This document shows positions 1-9,661 of a stretch of 64,000 nucleotides of DNA, piece after piece. The position numbers and the translations under genes were made by a program. The stretch comes from a virus. The notes beneath the pieces were generated by a model, which did not search any database, was not told the origin of the DNA, and saw nothing but the letters and a program-made list of their open reading frames with translations. The DNA is taken from IMG/VR virus record IMGVR_UViG_3300009152_000030, positions 96,001 through 160,000 of that record; one strand, given 5' to 3'. Every line of letters starts with the position of its first letter. Position 1 is the first letter of the stretch.

Positions 1-2
1 CT

Positions 3-2633
3 AGAAGTATTCTATATGCCTCTACCGTGGCAGCTGCAGCATGGTTTGTCGGCACGGGCAGTATCGGTACCCTTGAGCGTCCCTCCGAGCTTAGAGAGCT
101 AAACCAAGGCAAACGACTTGAGGCTGTTAGGCGTGGTCAGAAATGGGAAATGGGTCAGACAGGATATGAAGGAACAGATATACTCTATTACCGTCCTACT
201 CTAACTGCGCGGTTAAGTTCTGGAGCTGCACAGGCCGGTGCCTCAGGTGGCCATGGTCCATTAATGGAAATGGCACTGAAGAACTTTACTTATAAACTTG
301 AAAAGGAAAATTACTGGACTAGACCAGCTCCTATAACTGGAGCTGCGTTTGATCAAGTTCCTTTTATCTATCCACTTATACAACCTATTGCTGACCTTAT
401 AAAGAAGCCAAGACTAATGCACGTAGGAGAGTGGGCTCGTGCAGACTCAGAAGGTAACGTTAAGTTAGTGGAACGCTCTACTGGGCTTGATGAAATTCCA
501 GACTTAAGTATTGGCGGATTAGGAATGCCTGCTCCTTATTCTCCGTACTCTCCTGGTAGAGTATTAGGAGATTTCTGGGAACAAACAACCTCTCTTGGTG
601 GACTTGTTGGTTTCTATGCAAAGACTGCAAAAAACTACTTAACAGGTACACCGGGAATTGCTGATCAAAGACAAGAGTTAGAATCCTTTTCTCGTAACAT
701 GGATATGGCTAGCAGATTCTATGACTTGCAAGGTGGTGGTTCATTCTTAGGAATTCCTTTCGTATCAGAACCTATACGTCGTTTCTTGCATAAGGACGAT
801 CTAAAGCAATATAATCCAATTCGAAATTCTATGCCTAGCTGGATGCCAGATAGTTTTAAGTTTGGTAACCAGTATACCAGTACTAGATACGGAGAAGGCG
901 AATATAGAATGCCAGGAAAAGGATATGTAGCTTTACATACTGAACTAAAGGGTGTCAACCCAGAAGATTATCCTTTACTGCATAAAATGAATATTTTAGG
1001 AGATGTTGCCCCTCAGTCCCCGCAATACAAGGGTTATCGCCGTCAAGCTGAACTTATGAAAGCTTCAGGAGAAATGACTACAGAAGAACAAAAGTTCTTT
1101 TATAGACATAAGCAAATGGTAGAGAACAAAGCCACTGACAAGGGAATAGACTCTTACCAGTTTAAACCAAGTACTTATGACACCATTAGTGGAAATATTA
1201 CATCAGTAGATGCTTCTAGTATGAGCTTTACTGTTGCAGGATATGGTGGCAGGTTTGGCATAGCTGGAATATCTAATGACTCAGATGCTTTAATTAGCGA
1301 TTTTAACTTATCAATTAAACAGGCAGCAAAGTTAAAGACTAGGAATGAAAAAGCTTTCTCTAGTAAAATCCAAGTTGGCCAAGGTGTTACAGTTGATGTG
1401 CCAGCCAGCATTGGACAAGCGGTTGACAGTACTGGCGTAATCAGGGGTGCCGTTAGTAACAATGGCTTCAATGTTAACAAAGATATAAGGGAAGAAGGTA
1501 AATTTGCAAAAGATGATTCGCCTATTGCCGATTACGCAATGAGTAATCCAATTGGCAAAATGTTTGGTAGAGCATGGGAAGCCACAACTCATATTGCAAA
1601 TAGAGTGGCTCAGCCAATAGAACACATTGGTATGTTTGGTATGTCGCCTGTCAATAAACTATTACCCTTCAGAGATGCTCTTGAAGAATACGAATCAAGA
1701 GAACTTTATGGTACAGAAATGAAAGGATGGGATAGTCCTGTTGCTGGTTGGATAGCTCCTGCTATTAAATCTGCAATGCATAATTGGTTAGGGTTTGACT
1801 TTGAATCTCCTGGTATCAGAGAAAAAAGACAAACAGAGGAATATTTTGATAAGTTAAAATATGTAAAGTATTCAGGACTTTCACAGGCCGCAGAAATTCA
1901 AGGAAATACACAATTAGCTAATCAATATCAGAATATTGCCCAGGACACATACGTAGGAGGAACAGGTTATGTTTCGGAAGAAAGACTAGGGAATGTTCTA
2001 GGAGGTAGAGAATCTATGTTTGCGGCAGGGTTTGCCAGAGAAATGAACCCTGGAAGACAGGCAGAGATTATTGATGCATTGCCAGATTACAAGGCAAGAC
2101 TCATGGAAGGTTTCTATATGAACCAAGACCTAGAGGCAATAAACCGCGCAGCTGGAGCTGCACCTATGTCGACTTATGGTATGGACTATGCGGCAGATCT
2201 TATTGTGAAAAAACAAAAAGAAGGCTTTGATGTATCTGATCCTCAGTTGGTAGATAGTGCAAAGCTACAAGAAGTATCTCAATTTTTTAATCATAGATCT
2301 ATGCCTGCTGTTGACTGGATTGGTTTTAATCCTGCAGTTGACTTAGAAGATGTTAAGTTGAAGTACATTGAGAGCGAAGGTATGAACTACCATGACTTTG
2401 GTATTTATCCAAGTCGTGCTTCTTACATGCCAAGAAAGCCGTACATAGATGAAAAAGCAATGCAAGATTTGAATAACTTAAGTGCCAGAAATGGCCTGAA
2501 TGGAATGGCTAACGCAGCAAAGATGTATAGCTCATATGGAGTGAATAGTTATAATATCCAAGGACCTAATAGAAACCAAGATTTTGTTAGCTTAACATTT
2601 AATGAGTACAATACTCTTAATCCGTTTATGTAA
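3..2633 (+). CDS. Giant virion/ejection-type protein, C-terminal part (5' truncated by window edge), with degenerate thermonuclease (SNase)-like domain
   Basis: The frame is open from nt 3 (RSILYASTVAAA...), so the GTG at 27 is probably not the true start. SNase-like pattern at ~1182-1512. Lies directly upstream of the RNAP-like and hub genes. Confidence 0.55.
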   Translation, partial: RSILYASTVAAAAWFVGTGSIGTLERPSELRELNQGKRLEAVRRGQKWEMGQTGYEGTDILYYRPTLTARLSSGAAQAGASGGHGPLMEMALKNFTYKLEKENYWTRPAPITGAAFDQVPFIYPLIQPIADLIKKPRLMHVGEWARADSEGNVKLVERSTGLDEIPDLSIGGLGMPAPYSPYSPGRVLGDFWEQTTSLGGLVGFYAKTAKNYLTGTPGIADQRQELESFSRNMDMASRFYDLQGGGSFLGIPFVSEPIRRFLHKDDLKQYNPIRNSMPSWMPDSFKFGNQYTSTRYGEGEYRMPGKGYVALHTELKGVNPEDYPLLHKMNILGDVAPQSPQYKGYRRQAELMKASGEMTTEEQKFFYRHKQMVENKATDKGIDSYQFKPSTYDTISGNITSVDASSMSFTVAGYGGRFGIAGISNDSDALISDFNLSIKQAAKLKTRNEKAFSSKIQVGQGVTVDVPASIGQAVDSTGVIRGAVSNNGFNVNKDIREEGKFAKDDSPIADYAMSNPIGKMFGRAWEATTHIANRVAQPIEHIGMFGMSPVNKLLPFRDALEEYESRELYGTEMKGWDSPVAGWIAPAIKSAMHNWLGFDFESPGIREKRQTEEYFDKLKYVKYSGLSQAAEIQGNTQLANQYQNIAQDTYVGGTGYVSEERLGNVLGGRESMFAAGFAREMNPGRQAEIIDALPDYKARLMEGFYMNQDLEAINRAAGAAPMSTYGMDYAADLIVKKQKEGFDVSDPQLVDSAKLQEVSQFFNHRSMPAVDWIGFNPAVDLEDVKLKYIESEGMNYHDFGIYPSRASYMPRKPYIDEKAMQDLNNLSARNGLNGMANAAKMYSSYGVNSYNIQGPNRNQDFVSLTFNEYNTLNPFM

Positions 2634-2641
2634 GTTTAAAT

Positions 2642-5600
2642 ATGATTAGCGATAAGATTTTTAATCTATTAAGTATAGGATTAGGAGCACTTGCCTTTGG
2701 TAAAGCAAAAGGCAAAGATCTAACATTAGATGCTCTTCGAACTATGATTACTGGAACTAATGCGTCTCCTCTTGCCGGTGAGACACTTTCTGAGTTTCAA
2801 GGTGGTACATTTTTTGATGTACTAAGTCAGCAAAATAGAAATAATAGCAGAAGAGCAAATAGCAACGATTCCCTTGCCTATACTGTCAATCACGCTTTAA
2901 GCAGTGAACAATTAGCTTACCTATTTGATCAACATCAAAAAAGGTTCAAAGGTGACAGGGTTAGAGGAGGAGGTCTAAGTTTAGCAAGTAGATTTACTAG
3001 TAGTACTCCAATGGGAGCTACTGGAGTACCCGGAGGTATTCCTATTCTGGGTGGTCCTACTCCTATGAAGAATTTTACGTTTGCAGCAGATGGTCAAACC
3101 TTTATTGGACAACAGGCTGAGGCTACTCGTCAAACTATACTTGACATTATGACAAATAAACGTTTCTCTGGCATGTTCACGGGAACTCAAAAACAAAGAA
3201 GTTACGACTCACTTCTAAAGCGAGTACAATCTGAAAGTTTTGGACCAATGAATTCCAAAGCAGCCCAAAGAGGATTAAAACCAATTCTTAATAGTTTTAA
3301 TATGCTTTATGGTGGCGTTGAAGGTATGTCTGATACTTTTGCAAAAAGATTACATGGTAATCGAGCTATGCTTGAAACTGGCTCACGAGGATTACTTAAG
3401 TTTAGTACAGCTAACAATTCATTATCTAATGTAAGTTTTCTTTCTAATTCAGATTTAACTACTCAAGAACTTGAAAGAGTTAAAGATTTTGAATCACAGA
3501 TTCGCCAAAGAGGAGTTGGTGCTACATTTGATAGATCTAACATTGTAGAAATTAACCAAAAGATTGGAGCAAGTGATTATAAGAAATTTAGATATGCACA
3601 ATATAGAATAGGAGATGGTGATACTGCTGAAAGCATTATGATTCCAGTCCAAGATTTAGCTCATTATGTAGATGAAAGCACAGGAGGCCAAGTCTACCAT
3701 AGAGATGCAGCTGGTTCTGTTATGTATAGCCCAACTGGCAAAGTTATGCGTATTAACAAGGATAAGTCCAGTGAAGTAATGAGTGGACTTGAGTACTTGT
3801 TTGGCAAGGAAAGCAAAGATAAAGCTGGAAGGAGTGTTCGCTCTGGCGGGCAGATTATGAGTCTCATTGATAAAAGTATGAAGCAAGGTCAAAGAATTGG
3901 TAGTTCTTTATTTGGCGGAAAAGATGTAGACGTAGATGATCAGTATAAAATACTTCAATATGTGGATCCTGCAAGAACTCCGAGTAGAGCTTTGTCATTA
4001 AAAGCGGCACAAATGAAAGTTGTTCGCTCTATGAATCCTATGGATCCTGACGCAGATATTGATGCATCAGATGCTAGTAGACTAAGTGACTTTGATGAAA
4101 TATCAAGACAAGCAGCTAGTCATAATTATGTAATTGAACCACTTACAAGTCCAAACCAAACAAGAAAAGATATCTTTAACTGGAGAGGCGTCGAGAGAGA
4201 TGCCGCTGGTCAGATTGTAAGTACAAATACTCCTGACTATATCAGAGCAGCCCTTGGGGAAGTAGATCCCAGCACAGGTGAATTCTATTCTGTAAACGAC
4301 ATAGGTCGTCGTCCTGGCAGACATATTATCAATGCTTATAACGTAGAAAATAGAGGCTCTCAAAGAGCTCTTGGTCATTTACGTGCAACACTTGGTGATC
4401 TCTATGCATTCAGAGGATCAGGCGCATTTGCTGACATGGAGAAGTCAGGCATGATTGGATTTGTTCATGGTAGTTGGTTAACAACTAAAAGAAGCATGAG
4501 AGAAAATCCACAGGCCGTCCCTGAAGGTACTAGAATTAGAGTAGGAGCAAGTGAAGGAGAGCAAGTAGTTCATCCTGGCCGACACTTTACTGTTGATAAA
4601 AGCACAAAAGGTGATCCAGCTTCAAGGCAGGCATTTTCTTTCAATGCCAAGTTTAAAGGAATTATTGATGCAGCTGAGGCTGCTGGCACTGGGGACGCAG
4701 CCGCTAGACAAGCCGCCATTAGAAGGGAACTGGAAGCCAATCCTATTTTATTGAATGAAGGAGATTGGCTAGGTAAGTCAGTAGAAGGAGATGACATAAC
4801 AGACGTTACTGTTAATGTTCCTGGCCAAGGAAGACTTGCTGTTCTGGACGTTATTCCTGGAATGGATGATTATACTTTTAGCATTGGTAGAGTAAGTGGA
4901 TTTGGTGAAGGTACTAAAACCTTTGGCGCAACAACAAGTACAGAAAGTTCTTTGTTTGATGAACGGCTATCTGATGCTGAAAAACAATTAGTAAAAGATT
5001 TTTCTTTGGAACAGAAAAACCAATTCTATACAAAAGCTAAAGAATCGGCAAAAGCTAATAAAGTTGCTCTTTATGATCAAGAAGTCCAAAGACGTGCTCC
5101 AGAAATAGACGCAGCAAAAAAGGCTCTAGACGATCTAACGAATAAGAAAAAAATTGCCGCAGCTCAAAAAGAAATGCTAGGCAAGCGTAAAAAGTTTACT
5201 AGAGGTGAAGAGAAGAGATTTATGGGTAACTTAAGAGGCGGAGCCCTTGAGAAAGCTTATGAAGGCCATAAGGTAACTCTTGATGATAGGGCTTCGCTTG
5301 GTCAAGAAAGGGAATTGCTAGAGAGACTGCCTGAAGGGCTGTCTGAAATTTTTCCAGTTGGACCTAAAGGTCCTTCTATAACAAAAACTGCCATAACAAA
5401 AAGACTTAATAAGATTAAAAAAAGTATAGCAGATCTTGACGAGAACGATCTTACCCGGAGAAAAAAATATACAGTTCCAGAATCTGAATTGCTTGATGCT
5501 GTTTTTCCAAATAGACCAAGCTTTGGTAAAGGAACAGAAACTGGATCTATTTCATTGTTTGATTTGATAGCTGAAAGAGATCAGCTTCTAAAGACTAGAA

Positions 5601-8600
5601 AACAAAAACTTCCCCGGCTCAAAAGTATGGATTTCCAAGCTAAGGCTATAGGTGAAGTTCAAGCTCTTTTTAATATTCATGAAGAGGCAAAATTTTGGCA
5701 TAAAAATAAAGATGCTATAGGTTGGTTATCTAATCAATCTAACCTAGATGATAAAGACAAAATGCTTCTGTCAAGAATGCAAAATTACTTTGGAGGAACT
5801 GTAGAAGAAGGTGAAGATGGAAAACGTATATACAGAGACGGTGTTTCTAAAAGACTAAAAAAGCAGCAAAAGAAAGTAAAAGAACTTGATACTGAATTTA
5901 GAAGAAGAGGATTTGGGCCTTTAGCTGAGGCTGAAAAATACTTTCGTGATAATCTTGAAAGATCAAGAGCAAAAGACAAAAACAAACCCTCATGGATGAG
6001 GGCATCAAGAGTAAAACTTGATACAGCATTAACATCAACATTTACTGCTCCGACAAAGCGTGATTATTCTGTCTTAGAAAGAATTGCAAAAAAATACAAA
6101 GAAAATCCTGCCCGCGCAGGGGATGCTTCTACAAATATGATCCAAGAAATACTTGGAATAGACAAATCTCAGCAATCAGCATTTGGTATGTTTTTCAATG
6201 TTGAAGGTGATCCAGATCCAGATAGTGCCTCTCAGAAATATTACTCTGATCACGGCACAGGTCTCTTTGAAAGAGGAGAAGGAAGATTAGGTGCTACTCT
6301 GAATAGTTCAGGCATTCCATTAGCAGAAAGAAAAGCTAATAAAAGTTTAATGAAAGTCATAGGCAGTGACGCAGAAGAGCAAGCTGCTTATAAGGAAGAA
6401 AATCTTAATAGACTTAAGCAAGTAAATAAGATGATTGCAAAAGGAAAAACAATTGCATATAGAAGAATAGCAGCAGATCTAGGAGAACAGGAAGCAGTTA
6501 AGAAGTTTGGATCTGTTGCTGAACAAATTGATCTAAAACCACAAGTTGCAGCAGCTCACCAGGCTTTAAAAACAATCAATGAAGAATTGGCTAGTTTTAA
6601 AGATCAACTCCCCGGTTACGATCCAGACGCAACAAAAAGTGGTTGGGAATCAATAAGAGATTCCGTCAGAACAGGAAAAATTAATGATATAGTGACAGCA
6701 AGATCTGCACCTGCTATTGAAAATGCATTTAATCAAGTTGACCCTGCGTTTATGGGATCAACTGCAGCAAACAGAACTCTTCCATTTACAACCTTTATAG
6801 GTGAAGGTCGTAACTTTACAAAAGGAACCAATATCCGACAAATAAGAACTCAGCAAGAAAGTGCAATAGGTTTTTTGTTGAATAGGTTTGATGCAGATAA
6901 TAATCCTACTCTAGGACTACAGGATATTAGAAATTATGCAGGAGATATAAGTTCTCCCGCAAATCCAGCTTATCAAGCTTTTCATGCAGGCATGAGAAAA
7001 GGATTAGGAGATGAGAACTATTCCCTAGAAGATACTAATGCATTGATTAGCTATTTAAAGAGAGCACAAGATGCGTTCAAAGAAGATCCATCTCTTCTAA
7101 AAGAAAGAGAACAATTACTAGGTAATGTCTTTGGCTTTGAACAGGGAGGAACTGATCAGGCAGGGTTCCGTCTTGAGAATCTAATTGAGAGTGATCCTCA
7201 AGCACTCTTAGATCTTGGCTTAGACAAGGACTTTGTTGATAGCCTAGGTGCTGGTATCAAGAACTCAAAGCAAGTGTTTAATCTTTCATTACATGGAGTA
7301 GCAGATTCATCTTCTGTAATCGAAGGTAACAATGCAAGAATGGAACGTCGTTTTATTGACCATGTTTTCTATCAGTTAATGGACTCTCAGAATGAGCGTC
7401 ATGGACATATGAAAAAAGTATGGGAAACGATACAACAGAGAGTCATGACTTATGATCCTGGCTATGTTGAGCAATTAGGTAGCTTTGCAAAAAATGCAAT
7501 TCGTGAAACAACAAAGAAAGATAGAGTTTTAGATCTTGGAGGAACTGATGCTGAAGATCTTCGCCGCAAGGCTCTTAGCGCTATAAGGACAAAAGGTGGA
7601 TTCCTAAAACATGGAAAAGATCAGATTTATATCCCAGCCGCAGACGAGTTAAAGAAATTATCTTTAAGAGATTCAAGAGCCGGCCGCCACGTTGAAGATA
7701 CAGACCTTGAGGAGATGATTACTGAAATACTTAGAACTGTTGAAACAAACATAACTGATGTAGACAAAAAAACCTTTGCAACATTGAGGGGCCAACTTAT
7801 GCAAGTTGGAGCAAGAAAAGGAATGGAAGCTTTCAACGCCCCATTTGAAGGAAGACTTCGTGGAGCAGAATATGGAATGGTCATTGCAAACTTAGATGAT
7901 AAGGTTGCAAAAGAAACTCAAGGCTATGGTGTTGGTCTAAGTAGAAGAGTTATTGATGAGCACTTTAATGAAGCAATGAGAACTGCTTCTAAAAGTGAAA
8001 GAAACTACCTGAAAAAAATGAAGAAGGGAGTACTAGAAGAAGGCAAATACTACGCCGTTATGGGTTGGCAGAACCCGCAGATAGGCCCTGAGTCTGTCTC
8101 TACAATGGCAGGGTATTACGATGCCCGCAGAGACAGGACAGGAGGGTATACCGCTAATCTTCTAGGAGAAAAAGTAGATTTTGAAGGTGCAAAGATTTGG
8201 AAAAGAATTGGTGGCTTTATCACAGGTAAAACATCGTCAGACTTTGACGGTGACACTGCGGCAGTAATGATGGTTGGTGCTGGTGACAGAAATAGATCTG
8301 GTAAGAATATTTCAGATTACTGGCAACAACAAAGTGACTTAATTAGTCAACCTAGTTTAAGCAAACAATATCAACGTCAGAAAAACTACGGCTTGAGAAG
8401 CCAAAGCAATGAGGCTACTCTTGAGAAATCTTTCAAAGATCTACTGAAAGGCCCAAATATTTCGCCAACTAGAAAGCAAGAAGCTTTCCTTAGGCAAGCT
8501 GGACAAGAAGACGTTGGTCTAATCTCAAATACTGCCAGAGCTATGCATAGAATAAACTACATAATGAAAGGTACTGGCGGAATTGATAGTGGATCTTCTG

Positions 8601-9661
8601 AGGAAATGACGAACTTCTTACAGGCCTTAGAGCAGAAAGCCGTTGGTTTCAAACACATGGCAGTCTCTCCTCGGGCTATGCTTTATCAGCGCTTTCATAG
8701 TGCTATTTCTAATGAGAACGTAGAGGAAGGATTTGCCCAGTATAAGTCTCTAGTAAAGGACTTAGGTTTTAGAGATGCAGATAAGATTGATACAAATAGT
8801 GATCAGGCTCTTGGCGCGTTCTCTCTTGCAAGAGCCTCTCTTGTAGGCGGGGGACAAAAAGCAGAAAAGATGACAGCTGAAGATGCATTGAATTCTTTCC
8901 TGTCAGGAAGTGCAGATTCTGATTTTGCATTACATCAATTAGACTCTGATAGAAGTGACATGCTATTAAATTTTGCTATGTCAGCCTTACCTAAAGGAAG
9001 ACAAGAAGAATTTAAGAAAAAAGTAAATCAGTTTAAAGAAGGATTAACCGGCAGAGGTGGCACAGCACTTGGCGATAGCTTATCTCAACTAAATCAGTCA
9101 GAGAAAGCAAGAGCTGCAGCTCGGGTAAAGAATGCCTCAGGTGCTAGTCTAGCAAGAGCAGAAATAAAAGAAGCAAAAGAATCATCTAAGTCTTTATTTG
9201 CTAATAAGTTCGCAAGAGCTGGTATGGTTGGCGCGGCTGTTATGGCTGGAGCATATGCTTTATTCAACTCTGGTTACGATGACGAGCCACTTACTGACCT
9301 TCCACCTCCACCACCTGGTAGAATGATGATGACCCCAACTAATGCAGATATGCAAGTTATTAATAGTGGTAATCTACTTAGTGATAACTATTCTAGTTAT
9401 AATCGAGGCAATGACGAAGAAATGGCAAGGACGGCTGGCTCACCTGAAATGTCAGGAACAATGAGTGCCCCTAATAGTATTGCTGCTAAGTCTTACTTGA
9501 ATAATGCGAATGTAAGAATATCAAACAGAGGAATGATTGTTGATAAAACAAATCCTGTTGAATATGCAAGAGCAATCCAGGGAATAATTCCTGGAGCTCA
9601 AGTTGGGGTAAGTATCAATCATAATTACAATATACCTACAGACTTAGAAAGAGAACTATAA
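2642..9661 (+). CDS. Putative single-chain two-barrel (beta+beta'-like) DNA-dependent RNA polymerase, probably virion-associated
   Basis: Motifs in order: GASEGE (aa~638), LNEGDWLGKS..VNVPGQGRLAVLDV..GFGEGTK (K759), GTNIRQI (~1397), LSLHGVAD (H1551), FEGRLRG..GVGLSRRVIDEHF (~1735-1775), GWQNPQI (~1809), SSDFDGD (DFDGD at aa 1867-1871, nt 8240-8254), VGLISN (~1958), EQKAVGFKH (Q1998..H2005). Confidence 0.72.
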   Translation: MISDKIFNLLSIGLGALAFGKAKGKDLTLDALRTMITGTNASPLAGETLSEFQGGTFFDVLSQQNRNNSRRANSNDSLAYTVNHALSSEQLAYLFDQHQKRFKGDRVRGGGLSLASRFTSSTPMGATGVPGGIPILGGPTPMKNFTFAADGQTFIGQQAEATRQTILDIMTNKRFSGMFTGTQKQRSYDSLLKRVQSESFGPMNSKAAQRGLKPILNSFNMLYGGVEGMSDTFAKRLHGNRAMLETGSRGLLKFSTANNSLSNVSFLSNSDLTTQELERVKDFESQIRQRGVGATFDRSNIVEINQKIGASDYKKFRYAQYRIGDGDTAESIMIPVQDLAHYVDESTGGQVYHRDAAGSVMYSPTGKVMRINKDKSSEVMSGLEYLFGKESKDKAGRSVRSGGQIMSLIDKSMKQGQRIGSSLFGGKDVDVDDQYKILQYVDPARTPSRALSLKAAQMKVVRSMNPMDPDADIDASDASRLSDFDEISRQAASHNYVIEPLTSPNQTRKDIFNWRGVERDAAGQIVSTNTPDYIRAALGEVDPSTGEFYSVNDIGRRPGRHIINAYNVENRGSQRALGHLRATLGDLYAFRGSGAFADMEKSGMIGFVHGSWLTTKRSMRENPQAVPEGTRIRVGASEGEQVVHPGRHFTVDKSTKGDPASRQAFSFNAKFKGIIDAAEAAGTGDAAARQAAIRRELEANPILLNEGDWLGKSVEGDDITDVTVNVPGQGRLAVLDVIPGMDDYTFSIGRVSGFGEGTKTFGATTSTESSLFDERLSDAEKQLVKDFSLEQKNQFYTKAKESAKANKVALYDQEVQRRAPEIDAAKKALDDLTNKKKIAAAQKEMLGKRKKFTRGEEKRFMGNLRGGALEKAYEGHKVTLDDRASLGQERELLERLPEGLSEIFPVGPKGPSITKTAITKRLNKIKKSIADLDENDLTRRKKYTVPESELLDAVFPNRPSFGKGTETGSISLFDLIAERDQLLKTRKQKLPRLKSMDFQAKAIGEVQALFNIHEEAKFWHKNKDAIGWLSNQSNLDDKDKMLLSRMQNYFGGTVEEGEDGKRIYRDGVSKRLKKQQKKVKELDTEFRRRGFGPLAEAEKYFRDNLERSRAKDKNKPSWMRASRVKLDTALTSTFTAPTKRDYSVLERIAKKYKENPARAGDASTNMIQEILGIDKSQQSAFGMFFNVEGDPDPDSASQKYYSDHGTGLFERGEGRLGATLNSSGIPLAERKANKSLMKVIGSDAEEQAAYKEENLNRLKQVNKMIAKGKTIAYRRIAADLGEQEAVKKFGSVAEQIDLKPQVAAAHQALKTINEELASFKDQLPGYDPDATKSGWESIRDSVRTGKINDIVTARSAPAIENAFNQVDPAFMGSTAANRTLPFTTFIGEGRNFTKGTNIRQIRTQQESAIGFLLNRFDADNNPTLGLQDIRNYAGDISSPANPAYQAFHAGMRKGLGDENYSLEDTNALISYLKRAQDAFKEDPSLLKEREQLLGNVFGFEQGGTDQAGFRLENLIESDPQALLDLGLDKDFVDSLGAGIKNSKQVFNLSLHGVADSSSVIEGNNARMERRFIDHVFYQLMDSQNERHGHMKKVWETIQQRVMTYDPGYVEQLGSFAKNAIRETTKKDRVLDLGGTDAEDLRRKALSAIRTKGGFLKHGKDQIYIPAADELKKLSLRDSRAGRHVEDTDLEEMITEILRTVETNITDVDKKTFATLRGQLMQVGARKGMEAFNAPFEGRLRGAEYGMVIANLDDKVAKETQGYGVGLSRRVIDEHFNEAMRTASKSERNYLKKMKKGVLEEGKYYAVMGWQNPQIGPESVSTMAGYYDARRDRTGGYTANLLGEKVDFEGAKIWKRIGGFITGKTSSDFDGDTAAVMMVGAGDRNRSGKNISDYWQQQSDLISQPSLSKQYQRQKNYGLRSQSNEATLEKSFKDLLKGPNISPTRKQEAFLRQAGQEDVGLISNTARAMHRINYIMKGTGGIDSGSSEEMTNFLQALEQKAVGFKHMAVSPRAMLYQRFHSAISNENVEEGFAQYKSLVKDLGFRDADKIDTNSDQALGAFSLARASLVGGGQKAEKMTAEDALNSFLSGSADSDFALHQLDSDRSDMLLNFAMSALPKGRQEEFKKKVNQFKEGLTGRGGTALGDSLSQLNQSEKARAAARVKNASGASLARAEIKEAKESSKSLFANKFARAGMVGAAVMAGAYALFNSGYDDEPLTDLPPPPPGRMMMTPTNADMQVINSGNLLSDNYSSYNRGNDEEMARTAGSPEMSGTMSAPNSIAAKSYLNNANVRISNRGMIVDKTNPVEYARAIQGIIPGAQVGVSINHNYNIPTDLEREL

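Noticed and set aside
4922-6770. Intein or intron as the explanation for the RNAP insertion
   Set aside because: The frame is continuous, with no intein block motifs, terminal His-Asn or homing-endonuclease signature.
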